Virus record (IMG/VR): IMGVR_UViG_3300030503_000212
Location: 1-38,492 of that record
Length of the DNA: 38,492 bases
Origin: a virus
Direction: 5' to 3' (one strand)
Shown: positions 24,300 through 34,046 of the stretch, one piece after another
Numbering within the stretch: position 1 is the first letter of the stretch
Layout of the letters: every line of letters starts with the position of its first letter
Position numbers and translations under genes: made by a program
Notes under the pieces: generated by a model
Told to the model about the DNA's origin: nothing
Databases searched by the model: none
The model's input: only the letters and a program-made list of their open reading frames with translations

Positions 24300-25363
24300 G
24301 AATACAACGTGATGCATTCATCAGCACAATAGTAAGTCCATCCCATTTGATCTCACCCAACGATCAGTTGTTCACGTCGACACATATAAAGATTGTTGCC
24401 AATAACGAGTCAGTACGTGCTTACTGCTCCGGGGATCATATCAGCTCGTGCGCCTATATACCATTTGAGACGATTGAACCCGGAACGTTCTATTTTGCCC
24501 GTGCTGCGCTAGAGGCATTCGCGACTAAACTTACTACTGATGCAGTGACAATCGAACACAACGGATCAGAAAGCATTCTACGGGCAGATCAGCGTACGAT
24601 GACATTCGCAGATCCTAAAAAGCATTTTTCGTTCCCGCGCAAGCCCACATCGAATTTGGAGAGCTTGGATACGTTGAGTGAAAGTGATGCCCTCATGATT
24701 CAGACAGTGGCTCAGGCGAGCACAGAGAACGATCAGGTGCGATCTGAATATCACTGTGTATACGCTGATCCGGTAAAGTCTGGTACAGAGATATTCGCTT
24801 ATAACGGATCGGCATTAGCCATGGGTGTTTTGGATAAAAAGTTCAAGCATGCCGTAGCGCTGCCTACACAATTGTCTCGTATGGCTAAGTTTGGTAACTT
24901 ACTTGTGAGTCAGGAGGAGGTTGGGATCGAGGGTCCGTATTGCCTCTACTGGTGCAAAGCTCCGATTAAGGCTCAACACGCATTTCCGCTGGACAAGGTA
25001 CGCGCAACTCTAAATAAGCCTGCTGAAAAGTTGTTTGAGATCGAGGGCAAAGGAATGTCAGCCGCCGTGGATCTCCTACAGCGGGCGTTTGCGTCCTGGG
25101 ACGAAGCTAGTGATGCGATCTTGGAATTGGACGGCAACACACTCAAGGTTCGAGTCAAGTTCCCCTCCACACGATTTGAGGAGGTACTTTCTGTTGAGGG
25201 CAGCAGTAGAAAGTTTACGGTTAAGCTGCCGCTGAAAGAGCATTCACGCCTGTTACCGGCCTTAGCTCGTATGCCACTGTTGAGTGTCTACAATGTGGGT
25301 AAGCACATTCGATTCGAGGGTGATGGATTCAAATTACTCTTGCCGGTGGATTACTCAAAATGA
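24290..25363 (+). CDS. DNA polymerase III beta (sliding clamp)-like protein, divergent
   Basis: 357 aa from GTG 24290 (GAGG RBS); RSEYHCVY, AYNGSALA, FP, C-terminal FKLLLPV resemble DnaN; a clamp loader is in the same module. Confidence 0.6.
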   Translation: MALRIQRDAFISTIVSPSHLISPNDQLFTSTHIKIVANNESVRAYCSGDHISSCAYIPFETIEPGTFYFARAALEAFATKLTTDAVTIEHNGSESILRADQRTMTFADPKKHFSFPRKPTSNLESLDTLSESDALMIQTVAQASTENDQVRSEYHCVYADPVKSGTEIFAYNGSALAMGVLDKKFKHAVALPTQLSRMAKFGNLLVSQEEVGIEGPYCLYWCKAPIKAQHAFPLDKVRATLNKPAEKLFEIEGKGMSAAVDLLQRAFASWDEASDAILELDGNTLKVRVKFPSTRFEEVLSVEGSSRKFTVKLPLKEHSRLLPALARMPLLSVYNVGKHIRFEGDGFKLLLPVDYSK

Positions 25364-25617
25364 TGGATCAGGTACTCATGCAGTCCTATATGTTGCCCAT
25401 CAACTCTAGGCAACAGTTTACGAAAGTTCGTGTGGAGAAACGTTACGGCTATTGGCATATTCATAGGATCACAGGACATCGTGTCTTGGATATGGTAGTT
25501 CCTAGTTTAGCTTTTGGCTGTGATTACGCTTACGTAGGCATGACATTTACTATGCAGTCCGAGCTGAATTCTTACTATGCTCAGTTACGGAAATCTTATA
25601 GGGCAACACAAGTATGA
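25360..25617 (+). CDS. hypothetical protein
   Basis: ATGA-coupled on both sides. Confidence 0.65.
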   Translation: MMDQVLMQSYMLPINSRQQFTKVRVEKRYGYWHIHRITGHRVLDMVVPSLAFGCDYAYVGMTFTMQSELNSYYAQLRKSYRATQV

Positions 25618-28475
25618 ATATTGCTCAAGATCCGGATATCTGTAAAAAGTGCAAGCTCAACAGACTTGAGGGAGCCACAAAGATTTTTACAGAAATCTAT
25701 GGTCGCCCGATCATGATCGTAGGACAGTCACCCTCTCAAGAGGAGAATGACGAGTCTGAGTTTCTTGTGAACACATCACCTGCTGGTAAGTTCATTTGGC
25801 AGGCGCTGCGTCAGGTCGGTATTGAACGAGACGATTGTGATGTAACTGCCGCGTTGCGTTGTATCCCAGCAGAACCTGTTACGGGTTCGTACAGCAGCTA
25901 TCTAAAGCCCAGAGCTCCCTCGAAAGAGGAGATCAAACTTTGCTCCACATATACAAAGGGGCTTGTCACACTTGGGATCACGCCGCGAGCACCAGTTACT
26001 ATTGACGATCCTGATCCAGTAGAGGTGGGATCGGGTACACGTGCGATTCTCATCCTGGGGCAGCTGGCAGCAAAACAGTTATTGGGTGGTGAGTACAAAA
26101 AGAATCGCCGCATCATCGATTCAGCCAAGCTGGGTGTGCGTGTGTTTCTTGTCGATCATCCAGGGTTCTTTTTACGATCTGGTATCAAGGGTTTGAATGA
26201 GGATGATGAGCGCCTTAAGGCATTCCGCCAGACAGTTCAGGCGATGGCTGAGTTTGTTAACTCAGATGCAACAGTAGTTGGAGCCGAGGAATATTTACGA
26301 GCACAAAAGTATCGTCTCGTAAAGACCGGGGAAAAGGCATGGCGGTTTGTCCGTAAGCTCAAGACTTGGGCTATCGAAAGGAATGAGAGACTTTCTGTTG
26401 ACGTTGAGGACGATATACCAGATGATTTTGCTGAGACGGGAGTAGAGACTGGTGAGCGCGTTGTTCTGACAATGTCTATATGCCCTAAGCCCGGATACTC
26501 TGTGATGTTTGTTGTAGATCATCCGGATGCTATACGAGCAGAACGTGATGATATCGTAAAGGCTCTCGACTGGCTCCTATCAGATCCTGCTGTCAAGCTC
26601 ACGATGCACTACGGAGCGACAGATGCTGAAAAGCTGAATGACATTCTGGGAATCAAGACTCCCGGGTATAGGCTAGATACGTTTACGAGCATGTACCTCG
26701 CAAACCCAGGGTTGTTCAGTTACGGACTCGGAGGATTGACAGATAGCTTTGCCCCACAGTTTTCAGGTTACAAGCACATTATTGCTCCCTACGTAGGACC
26801 ACCTGGGCCTTGGCCTAAAATTGCATCGCGGAGCAATGAGACGCTGTACAAATTCATTTCGGCTAAGTCCACAATGCATTTTTCCCAGATACCATTGGGG
26901 GTTTTGCGTTTGTACAATAACGCTGATGCCGATATCGGCAAACGTTTTGAATTACTTTCGAAGGACTCCACACCCGAGGCGCTACAGGCGGTCTATACGG
27001 ACATGGGACACATTCTTATGCGTATGGAGCGTAATGGACCGCTTGTAGACTATAGGCATATTGAGACGCTCAAAAAGCTATGGCCACCTTTGGTAAAGAA
27101 CGCAGCTCAACGTTTGCGAGACGTTGCCGAAGATCCAGAGTTCAATCCCAACACACCAGCAGATGTTGCTTGGTTGTTATGGGAGAAACTTGCAATCCCT
27201 TATCCAGACCCTAAGGCCAAGAAAAAGAGTACTGGCAAAGAAATACTGTTGCAGGTTGCTCCCGACTATCCCATAGCCGGTGAGGTAATGGCTTATCGTA
27301 AAGTTGCAAAAACGATGAACACATACATCAAAGGTTATGAGTATTGTGCCAATCTCAACGGAGGCAGACTCAGAACTAAATGGTGGCTGGTTGGGACTCG
27401 GACAGGTCGTCTATCCAGTGGCGGATCTAAGGAAAAAATTGCTGGTGTAGTCAATCTCCAGAACATCCAAAAGAAAACTGAGATACGCAACATTCTTGTG
27501 TCAGATCATCGTTGGCGCGAGTTGCACCTATTCATAAAAGCCATGATTATGACGGGCTGCTCAGATGATGAGCTGGCAGAGTCTGTTATTAGTAAGTTTG
27601 GTGACATGGATGTGTTCTTGGAATTCGATCAAGGACAGGTTGAGGTTCGTGTAGCTGCTCAGTTGTCAGGTGATCGGCAGATGATTGCTGATTGTGAGGC
27701 TGGAGACATCCACTCCCAAGTGGGCCACGCCATGACTGGGTGGGCTATTGAACAGATTAAGAATGACAAGGACACGCGAACACGTACTAAGAACGTGCAT
27801 TTCGGTATTTTATTCGGGCTCAAACCTGACGGAATTTTGCGGTATATCAAAGGTTTTGATCCGCATACAAAGATTACACTACGAGACGTTGAGGGATACT
27901 ATGCAAACTATTTCAACCGTTATCCAGGCATGCAGGTATTCATTGACAAGCAGCATATATTTGCTGAGAACAATGGCTATGTTGCAACAGTTTTTGGGTT
28001 CAAGCGCCCGCTGATTATCAATGAGGACTTGAAAGGACTTGTCGATGACTATGGGCAACCTGCATATTGGAAAAACATCGCCGTCAATAGCCCTGTTCAG
28101 GGGAGTGCTCATCAGCTGCTAATGTGCGGAATCATAGCGTTATGGCGTCAGCCTGAAAAGTATGCGATGTTGGGTATACCTCAGATGGAGGTGCATGACA
28201 ACTTAGTGATGCGGATCAAGCTCAAGAATTTGGTTGAGTGCTACTGGCTGGCTAAGGAATTGCTTGAGCAAGAACCATTGCGTACGATCAAGCAGGATTT
28301 CCCGCATATTGACTGGCGTGTAAAGCTGGAGGTTGACGGTGCTGCTGGGTTTAGATTCGGTGTGAAATCCGGACTCAACAATAAGTTAACTATGGGCGCA
28401 TTCCTGCGGGATTGGTTTACGGAGAACGAAAAAGCTATCACTGCGATCAAGGTTTTGAAAGCAGCAGCTGCATAA
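25614..28475 (+). CDS. polA: family A DNA polymerase with N-terminal UDG-family-4-like domain and 3'-5' exonuclease
   Basis: CKKC/IMIVGQSP/RCIP/HPG (UDG-like); SVDVED and YNNADA (exo); TRTGRLSS, NLQNI, motif A DQGQVEVR, motif B RTRTKNVHFGILFG, motif C VHDN. Confidence 0.92.
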   Translation: MNIAQDPDICKKCKLNRLEGATKIFTEIYGRPIMIVGQSPSQEENDESEFLVNTSPAGKFIWQALRQVGIERDDCDVTAALRCIPAEPVTGSYSSYLKPRAPSKEEIKLCSTYTKGLVTLGITPRAPVTIDDPDPVEVGSGTRAILILGQLAAKQLLGGEYKKNRRIIDSAKLGVRVFLVDHPGFFLRSGIKGLNEDDERLKAFRQTVQAMAEFVNSDATVVGAEEYLRAQKYRLVKTGEKAWRFVRKLKTWAIERNERLSVDVEDDIPDDFAETGVETGERVVLTMSICPKPGYSVMFVVDHPDAIRAERDDIVKALDWLLSDPAVKLTMHYGATDAEKLNDILGIKTPGYRLDTFTSMYLANPGLFSYGLGGLTDSFAPQFSGYKHIIAPYVGPPGPWPKIASRSNETLYKFISAKSTMHFSQIPLGVLRLYNNADADIGKRFELLSKDSTPEALQAVYTDMGHILMRMERNGPLVDYRHIETLKKLWPPLVKNAAQRLRDVAEDPEFNPNTPADVAWLLWEKLAIPYPDPKAKKKSTGKEILLQVAPDYPIAGEVMAYRKVAKTMNTYIKGYEYCANLNGGRLRTKWWLVGTRTGRLSSGGSKEKIAGVVNLQNIQKKTEIRNILVSDHRWRELHLFIKAMIMTGCSDDELAESVISKFGDMDVFLEFDQGQVEVRVAAQLSGDRQMIADCEAGDIHSQVGHAMTGWAIEQIKNDKDTRTRTKNVHFGILFGLKPDGILRYIKGFDPHTKITLRDVEGYYANYFNRYPGMQVFIDKQHIFAENNGYVATVFGFKRPLIINEDLKGLVDDYGQPAYWKNIAVNSPVQGSAHQLLMCGIIALWRQPEKYAMLGIPQMEVHDNLVMRIKLKNLVECYWLAKELLEQEPLRTIKQDFPHIDWRVKLEVDGAAGFRFGVKSGLNNKLTMGAFLRDWFTENEKAITAIKVLKAAAA

Positions 28476-28491
28476 GGTAGATTGGGCCGTC

Positions 28492-28497
28492 TACAAT
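28492..28497 (+). promoter_or_regulatory. -10 element (cTACAAT) overlapped by a CAAT-AGTAA-GTG motif copy
   Basis: Intergenic, recurrent motifs. Confidence 0.5.
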
Positions 28498-28516
28498 AGT
28501 AAGTGAGGAAACAGTT

Positions 28517-28786
28517 ATGGTCGATTCAAGTGCGAAGGTCAGCATTACCATTGGTACGTTTGTCTATGAGTTTGAGGCAGCATTCAGCACAGCACTTGCT
28601 ATTTTGTTAGAGCCTCGTATGTATAGCTCTAGTGATCTAATGCGGCAGGCAACACGGGTCATTGATCGCGGTGCAGTTATTAAGGATCGGTATGGCTATG
28701 CTACGGAGCACGTAGAGCATGCACAGCTGTTACACGATGCTTACACCAAGGCTCAGGCAGCTTTGGTGTACAAAGAGCCGTTGTAG
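28517..28786 (+). CDS. hypothetical protein
   Basis: GAGGA RBS. Confidence 0.7.
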   Translation: MVDSSAKVSITIGTFVYEFEAAFSTALAILLEPRMYSSSDLMRQATRVIDRGAVIKDRYGYATEHVEHAQLLHDAYTKAQAALVYKEPL

Positions 28787-28806
28787 TCAATAATACGTGA
28801 GGTGTT

Positions 28807-29175
28807 ATGAATTTAGTTATCAATGATCGTCGACATGCAGCTGTTATGGCAGAACGTATGCGAAACGATCCAAACATCATCCCGCCAATTACTGACCCAC
28901 TGGGCAGCTCTTGGGATCAACCGTCAACGGATTTCATTGTTATTGATGACACTCACGCGTTGATGTCCAAACACACTTTTGAGGAGCTCGCTGAGTACTC
29001 ATGTACGAACCCATCGGGTGTGTATCACGGTAAAATGTGGCGGCGGCATGACGGATCTCACGATCAGGCGTTCTTAGCACGTGGTGGCATCCCAGAGTGG
29101 TACTTGTGCTGGTACGGGTTTGATCCGGACCCGAAATTTGTTTCAAACAACTATCGAAAAATCATCTTGGTGTGA
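28807..29175 (+). CDS. hypothetical phage protein
   Basis: GAGGTG RBS; Trp-rich C-terminus. Confidence 0.75.
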   Translation: MNLVINDRRHAAVMAERMRNDPNIIPPITDPLGSSWDQPSTDFIVIDDTHALMSKHTFEELAEYSCTNPSGVYHGKMWRRHDGSHDQAFLARGGIPEWYLCWYGFDPDPKFVSNNYRKIILV

Positions 29176-29184
29176 AAGGACACA

Positions 29185-29739
29185 ATGGCGGAACCAGTAG
29201 CAACACAAAGTCCCATTCAACGGTTTCTTAGCGAGGAGTCGGATTTCGACGAACTCATTAGTAAGTTGGCGTTTCCGCAGGAGCTGGCTATCAAAGCGGC
29301 AGCAGAACAACCGGGCTTGTTTATCAAAGCAGCACGAGCACGCGTTCAGACTATGAGACGTTCGGCTCAAGCTCATGCCAATTTGGATACTACCGAGGCT
29401 GACGTTGCCTTACAGACACGGGCAGCATTGGTATCGCGCGGCGAAAAGATTACGGAGGCAACAGTAGCGGCGCTAGTCGCTATCGACGCTGCGGTGCTAG
29501 ATGCCCAGAAAGCAGCACGAGCTGCTGACTCTCACGAGGAGCTAGGCAAACTTATTGTTGAGGCTTATCGGCATCGCCGGGACGTTATAAGGGTAATCGC
29601 CGAGGCGAATATCATTGAGGGCAATAATCCGTATACTGACGAAATGCGTTTCGATCAGACACGAAAGCTCTCTGAGGAGGCACGAGCTGCCCAGGCTAAA
29701 CGGCGTCAAGCTGCTGCACTAGAGGATGCAACAGAGTAA
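29185..29739 (+). CDS. helical protein, UvsY-like recombination mediator candidate
   Basis: AAGGA RBS; KITEATVAALV-type segment; next to SSB and RecA. Confidence 0.55.
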   Translation: MAEPVATQSPIQRFLSEESDFDELISKLAFPQELAIKAAAEQPGLFIKAARARVQTMRRSAQAHANLDTTEADVALQTRAALVSRGEKITEATVAALVAIDAAVLDAQKAARAADSHEELGKLIVEAYRHRRDVIRVIAEANIIEGNNPYTDEMRFDQTRKLSEEARAAQAKRRQAAALEDATE

Positions 29740-29774
29740 CTTACTGTTGATTCAAACAATAGAAACTAACTGGC

Positions 29775-29780
29775 TATAAT
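29775..29780 (+). promoter_or_regulatory. -10 element (gcTATAAT) upstream of SSB
   Basis: Recurrent motif; AAC-TTACT-GTTG copy at about 29739. Confidence 0.55.
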
Positions 29781-29798
29781 CTGTATGAGGTGAAATTC

Positions 29799-31142
29799 AT
29801 GGGTTACAAGGATAGAGCAAAAACTCGTGCGAAGGTACTTGCACAGGGTGACAATTTCAAGTTGCGAGAGGGTGAGAATTTCGTACGCATCCTGCCCACG
29901 CCTGAGTCTGCTGAGGGTGCTGAGGATGACGTTTTTTACGAAGTTCTTATGCACAACGACATCGGGGCAGAAAAGCGGTTTATGCGTTGTGGTAAGGATG
30001 CGCATGATCCGACACTGGGTGATTGCTACATCTGCGATGTCGTTGTTCCACGGCTTATCGCGAACGGCAATCAGGAGACAGCCAAGAAACTCAAGCCGCG
30101 TTGGTCAGGTGTTGTTCAGGCGCTGCACATGGCTGAGGACAACAACGTTACGGGTCCCCATTTTTGGATGGTCGGCGGCAAGTTGGGCAAGAATCTACTC
30201 ATGTTGCTGGGTCAGAGCAACAGGGACTATGCATCGATTAAGCATGGTTACTGGATCTATGTTAACCGCACAGGATCGGGACTCCTGACGGAATACTCTG
30301 CTCCGATTCCAGATCAAGATCCAATCGCAGTGAGTCAGAAGTATGCTGACATTCTCAAGCCGTTCGAACAGCTTACAGAGTTGCCGGTGTATTCGGAGCA
30401 GGGCCAAAAAGATGCATGGCTTGGGAATCGTGATGCTGGTCAAGAAAAGGCGCAGTCGCCGTCGTCCAGGCGTGCGGGTGTTATGGATGAGGATGAAGCA
30501 CCAGCGCCTCGTTCTACGCGCCGTGCGGCTGTTGTGGACGATGATGATACTCCTGCACCACGTAAGCCCGCTCCTACGCTCACCAAGACCAAGACAAAGC
30601 CCGTGCAGCCTGATTCTGAGGAGGCTGTCGAGGAGGAACCTGTATCCGAGGGTCCGACCCGAGAGGATATTCTGGCGTCGCCGCCCCTCAAGGCTCGCGA
30701 TCCAATCACTGGCGATAAGCGTTACAAAGTCGAAATTGAGGATGGTAAGTTCGTCGCAATGACGGCTGACGGCAAGCCGTCGCCCAAGGGACTTGCTGAG
30801 GGTGAGGAGCCTACCAAGCCGGGTAAGCTCTGGCTCAAGGAACATCCTGCTCCGGTTGAGGATGAGGTGGAGGAGTCTGAGGACTATGAGGAGTCCGAGG
30901 AGCCAGTAGAACGGCCTACACGTGGAGCTAAGCCCAGCAAGCCCGCCGTAGAACCTGAGGAGGCTGACGACCTACCCCCACGCAGCACTAAGGGCAAAGC
31001 ATCCACCCAGGCCAAGCTGCCGCTTGACGACGACGATCCGCCAGTATCCAAGGCTAAGACCGCGACCAAGGCTGGTACATCCAAGCCTAAGGCAGCGGCG
31101 GCTGTTGTGGACGATGATGAGGACCCGTTCGGAGAGGACTAG
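29799..31142 (+). CDS. single-stranded DNA-binding protein (T4 gp32-like) with long acidic low-complexity tail
   Basis: FKLREGENFVRILP, H..C..CYIC, RTGSGLLTEY, C-terminus DDDEDPFGED. Confidence 0.75.
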   Translation: MGYKDRAKTRAKVLAQGDNFKLREGENFVRILPTPESAEGAEDDVFYEVLMHNDIGAEKRFMRCGKDAHDPTLGDCYICDVVVPRLIANGNQETAKKLKPRWSGVVQALHMAEDNNVTGPHFWMVGGKLGKNLLMLLGQSNRDYASIKHGYWIYVNRTGSGLLTEYSAPIPDQDPIAVSQKYADILKPFEQLTELPVYSEQGQKDAWLGNRDAGQEKAQSPSSRRAGVMDEDEAPAPRSTRRAAVVDDDDTPAPRKPAPTLTKTKTKPVQPDSEEAVEEEPVSEGPTREDILASPPLKARDPITGDKRYKVEIEDGKFVAMTADGKPSPKGLAEGEEPTKPGKLWLKEHPAPVEDEVEESEDYEESEEPVERPTRGAKPSKPAVEPEEADDLPPRSTKGKASTQAKLPLDDDDPPVSKAKTATKAGTSKPKAAAAVVDDDEDPFGED

Positions 31143-31165
31143 TCGCCGGGCGTCAACAACAACTC

Positions 31166-31200
31166 ATGCCCAGTGCTAGTACAGGCTGGGCATACTTACT
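31166..31200 (+). terminator. hairpin, probable terminator
   Basis: atgcccag/ctgggcat then acttactt. Confidence 0.5.
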
Positions 31201-31215
31201 TATGCAAGTCATGAA

Positions 31216-31533
31216 ATGAGGTTGGTCATGGATCATTGTATAGCACATGGATTTTACTACGCTGGTTGCTGGAATTGCCGTAGAGCCCGCGAGGCGTTCT
31301 TATCAGGCCAATCACAAGCGCAGGACAATGCAATAGTAAGTTCATCTGACGACTCATCATCGTTGCTGGATACGGCTATTGCTGTAGAGGTTATCGACAA
31401 TGTAGTCGACACGTCTCCTATAGTTGATGTCTCGACAGATACCAGCAGCTTTGATACATCAGTGGATACAAGCAGTTTCGATAGTGGGTTCGGCGGCGAT
31501 TCAGGTGGTGGTGGAGCATCTGGAGATTTCTAA
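31216..31533 (+). CDS. small Ser/Asp/Gly-rich protein (start may be ATG 31228)
   Basis: CxxH..CxxC N-terminus, DTSSFD repeats, GFGGDSGGGGASGDF tail. Confidence 0.65.
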   Translation: MRLVMDHCIAHGFYYAGCWNCRRAREAFLSGQSQAQDNAIVSSSDDSSSLLDTAIAVEVIDNVVDTSPIVDVSTDTSSFDTSVDTSSFDSGFGGDSGGGGASGDF

Positions 31534-31557
31534 CTTACTGTTGCCGTACATGCACTC

Positions 31558-31563
31558 TACAAT
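31558..31563 (+). promoter_or_regulatory. -10 element (cTACAAT) upstream of recA
   Basis: Recurrent motif; AAC-TTACT-GTTG copy at 31532. Confidence 0.5.
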
Positions 31564-31581
31564 CTGAACGAGGTGAGTTAC

Positions 31582-33543
31582 ATGGCAGGAAAGAAAAAGG
31601 CAGGCTACGCAGAGGCAGTTGCAACTGCTGTGCTGGATGAGGAGCTTGAGGACGATGGCTCAGTAATCGATATTGCATCATTGAAAGCATCGGTACTCAA
31701 AGAGATCGGCTTGCGAGTGTTCGAACCTGAGACTCGTTTCGTGCTCAAGATGAAGTTTACAGGTGCTGAATACCTGCATCGGACTATGGGCACGCCTTAT
31801 GGTCTCCCGTATGGCAAAATCTACGAGCTGAGCGGGGCTGAATGTCTTGCTGACGATACTTTTGTGCGGTTCACTGTTCTGAACCGTAAGGGTGAGCGTG
31901 TTAATAGTAAGGGTGGTACCATCAAACGCCTTTACGAGAGATTTCACGGGCTTGAAGTCCCCGGTAGAGGTAAATATCAGCGTAAGCAGTTAAAACATGC
32001 TACATACACTCTTGCGTCAGTTAACGAACAAGGCAGAATCATCAGTAATCAGATCGAAAATGTAGTGAAATCTGGTCGTAAGAAATGCTACCAGCTTACA
32101 ACAGAATCTGGTTATAGGATCGTAACATCAGCCGATCATAGGTTTTTCAATGGTAAACGTTATGTACGTTTAGAAAAACTTTCTGTCGGTGATACGGTGA
32201 TGATCCATAACAACACACCGTACAAAGTCGATCACGGACGGCTTATACGGCCTTACGTTGATGTGCTTGTACACAATCACCCATCAGCCCCAGATAAAAT
32301 TACTGTTGAGCCATCATCTGGAAAAGTTTACACATACAAACGGTTGAAACGTTCACGAGCTGTTGTTGAGGCAAAAATGAACGGTATGGTACTTACGGAT
32401 TATGTTGAGCTTTTGAATTCGGGAGACATTGCTGGATTACAGTTCCTTTCATCGGATCAGCATGTTCATCACATAGACGAAGATACGATGAACGATGAGC
32501 CTGATAATTTGGAGGTAAAAACTCCATCGGAGCACGGTGTATTACATGCTACAGAACGCCACAATAATCTCCGTTTTGTGATTGTGCCAGATGTGATCGC
32601 ATCGATTACTTGTGTTGGTGAGCGTGATACGTACGACATATCAATGCGTGTTCCGTTTAACAATTTCGTAGCCAACAATTTTGTTGTACACAACAGTCAT
32701 GGGAAAAGTGTGCTGCAAAAGCTGATCGAGGGTGAGGCACAAAAGGATGGTGCGGTTGTCATTCATGGTGATATCGAGGATTCAGACGATCCGCCTTGGA
32801 ATGTCAAACTTGGTGTTGACAACGATCAGTTGATTCTCGTCAAACCCAAGATGATTATTCTGTCGATGCCACAAGCCCATAAAGATGCCAACAAGGTTGC
32901 AAAAGAGGCTTGGACAGCAAAGCCCGCTGCGTGGAAACTGGAGCATCCGTATAAGCGCCCGTTCGATCCACCTCTACGTCCGCAGACAGCCGAGGAGATT
33001 TTTGAGGAGATTGAAAAGCTCGTCGAAAAGCTGCATGCAGCAGGTGTTGAGAAAATGGTAGTGGCAATCGACTCGTTAGCCAACCTATCTACCAAGATGC
33101 AGCTTGAGGCTGGAACGCATACCAACATGCGGACTAATAGCGACTTTCCTATGTTCCTGTCGCAGAACCTCAAGCGGTGGCAAACACTAGCATCGAATTT
33201 CAACATTATGGTGCTGCTCATCAATCAGATACGTGAAAAGCCGGGTGTTATGTTTGGTGATCCTATTTATGAGCCGGGTGGTCGGGCGTTGCGACATAAT
33301 TGTGCGTCGCGTAATCGGGCACGCAGGGCTGGAAACGGTAAAATATTCCTTGCAGGCAAACTCATTGGCATCAGCGGTATTCTTAAGAACACCAAGAATA
33401 AGTCTGGTGAGGGATCGATGGAACAGCAGATGTGTACGTACATGGTGGAGTGGAATGACAAGCCTTTGTACAAGCGCGTGTCATTCGGCCACTTTGTAGC
33501 TAAGGAAAAGCCTGACAAAAACGCGCCGGTGGATGCAGACTAA
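31582..33543 (+). CDS. recA: RecA/UvsX-like recombinase interrupted by an intein
   Basis: GLPYGKIYELSGAE|SHGKS spliced P-loop; VAIDSLA; LINQIREKPGVMFGDPIYEPGGRALRH. Confidence 0.9.
   Translation: MAGKKKAGYAEAVATAVLDEELEDDGSVIDIASLKASVLKEIGLRVFEPETRFVLKMKFTGAEYLHRTMGTPYGLPYGKIYELSGAECLADDTFVRFTVLNRKGERVNSKGGTIKRLYERFHGLEVPGRGKYQRKQLKHATYTLASVNEQGRIISNQIENVVKSGRKKCYQLTTESGYRIVTSADHRFFNGKRYVRLEKLSVGDTVMIHNNTPYKVDHGRLIRPYVDVLVHNHPSAPDKITVEPSSGKVYTYKRLKRSRAVVEAKMNGMVLTDYVELLNSGDIAGLQFLSSDQHVHHIDEDTMNDEPDNLEVKTPSEHGVLHATERHNNLRFVIVPDVIASITCVGERDTYDISMRVPFNNFVANNFVVHNSHGKSVLQKLIEGEAQKDGAVVIHGDIEDSDDPPWNVKLGVDNDQLILVKPKMIILSMPQAHKDANKVAKEAWTAKPAAWKLEHPYKRPFDPPLRPQTAEEIFEEIEKLVEKLHAAGVEKMVVAIDSLANLSTKMQLEAGTHTNMRTNSDFPMFLSQNLKRWQTLASNFNIMVLLINQIREKPGVMFGDPIYEPGGRALRHNCASRNRARRAGNGKIFLAGKLIGISGILKNTKNKSGEGSMEQQMCTYMVEWNDKPLYKRVSFGHFVAKEKPDKNAPVDAD
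31843..32694 (+). mobile_element. intein (284 aa) with HNH homing endonuclease
   Basis: Starts CLADDT, block B TSADHRF, HVHHIDEDTMND...NL...H, block F TYDI, ends VVHN followed by Ser. Confidence 0.92.
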
Positions 33544-33577
33544 CAATCAACAATAAGTTTCGATAGGAGAGTTAAAA

Positions 33578-33979
33578 ATGGCAACACAAAGTGCAAAGCC
33601 TATACCCCCCGCAGCCAAGCATCCGGTGACTGCTCCAGGGTCCATGATATCGATACCTGAGGAGTCTCGGGACGGTACCGCGCCGGATACAAAGGCTGCT
33701 ATCGAGATCATTGACGATAGCGTGGTAGTCAACCTCAATCACAGCAAAGTCCCAGTTCCAGATCAGGGGTCATCTACTGTTGTAAGCAAAGTTATATCGG
33801 ATCTACTACAAGGCAGAATTACTATTGCAGAGGCCGATAATGTGCTTGTGGCATTCTGGCAGGAGCATGCAGATTCGCGTCAGGCGCTAACCGATACACT
33901 CGCACGTCTACAAGTGCTTGGTGAACGCCTGTATCAGAACACGACGGTTTTCATGCAAATGATCCACCGTTATAAGTAA
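33578..33979 (+). CDS. hypothetical protein
   Basis: AGGAG RBS. Confidence 0.75.
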   Translation: MATQSAKPIPPAAKHPVTAPGSMISIPEESRDGTAPDTKAAIEIIDDSVVVNLNHSKVPVPDQGSSTVVSKVISDLLQGRITIAEADNVLVAFWQEHADSRQALTDTLARLQVLGERLYQNTTVFMQMIHRYK

Positions 33980-33990
33980 GTCGATCACGC

Positions 33991-34030
33991 TACAATGTGA
34001 GTAAGCGAGTCCCCGGTTCGCCGGGGACTT
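33991..34030 (+). promoter_or_regulatory. -10 element (gcTACAAT) followed by a TTCG-loop hairpin
   Basis: agtccccgg-ttcg-ccggggact at 34008-34029. Confidence 0.55.
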
Positions 34031-34046
34031 TGTGTTGAGGATTATC

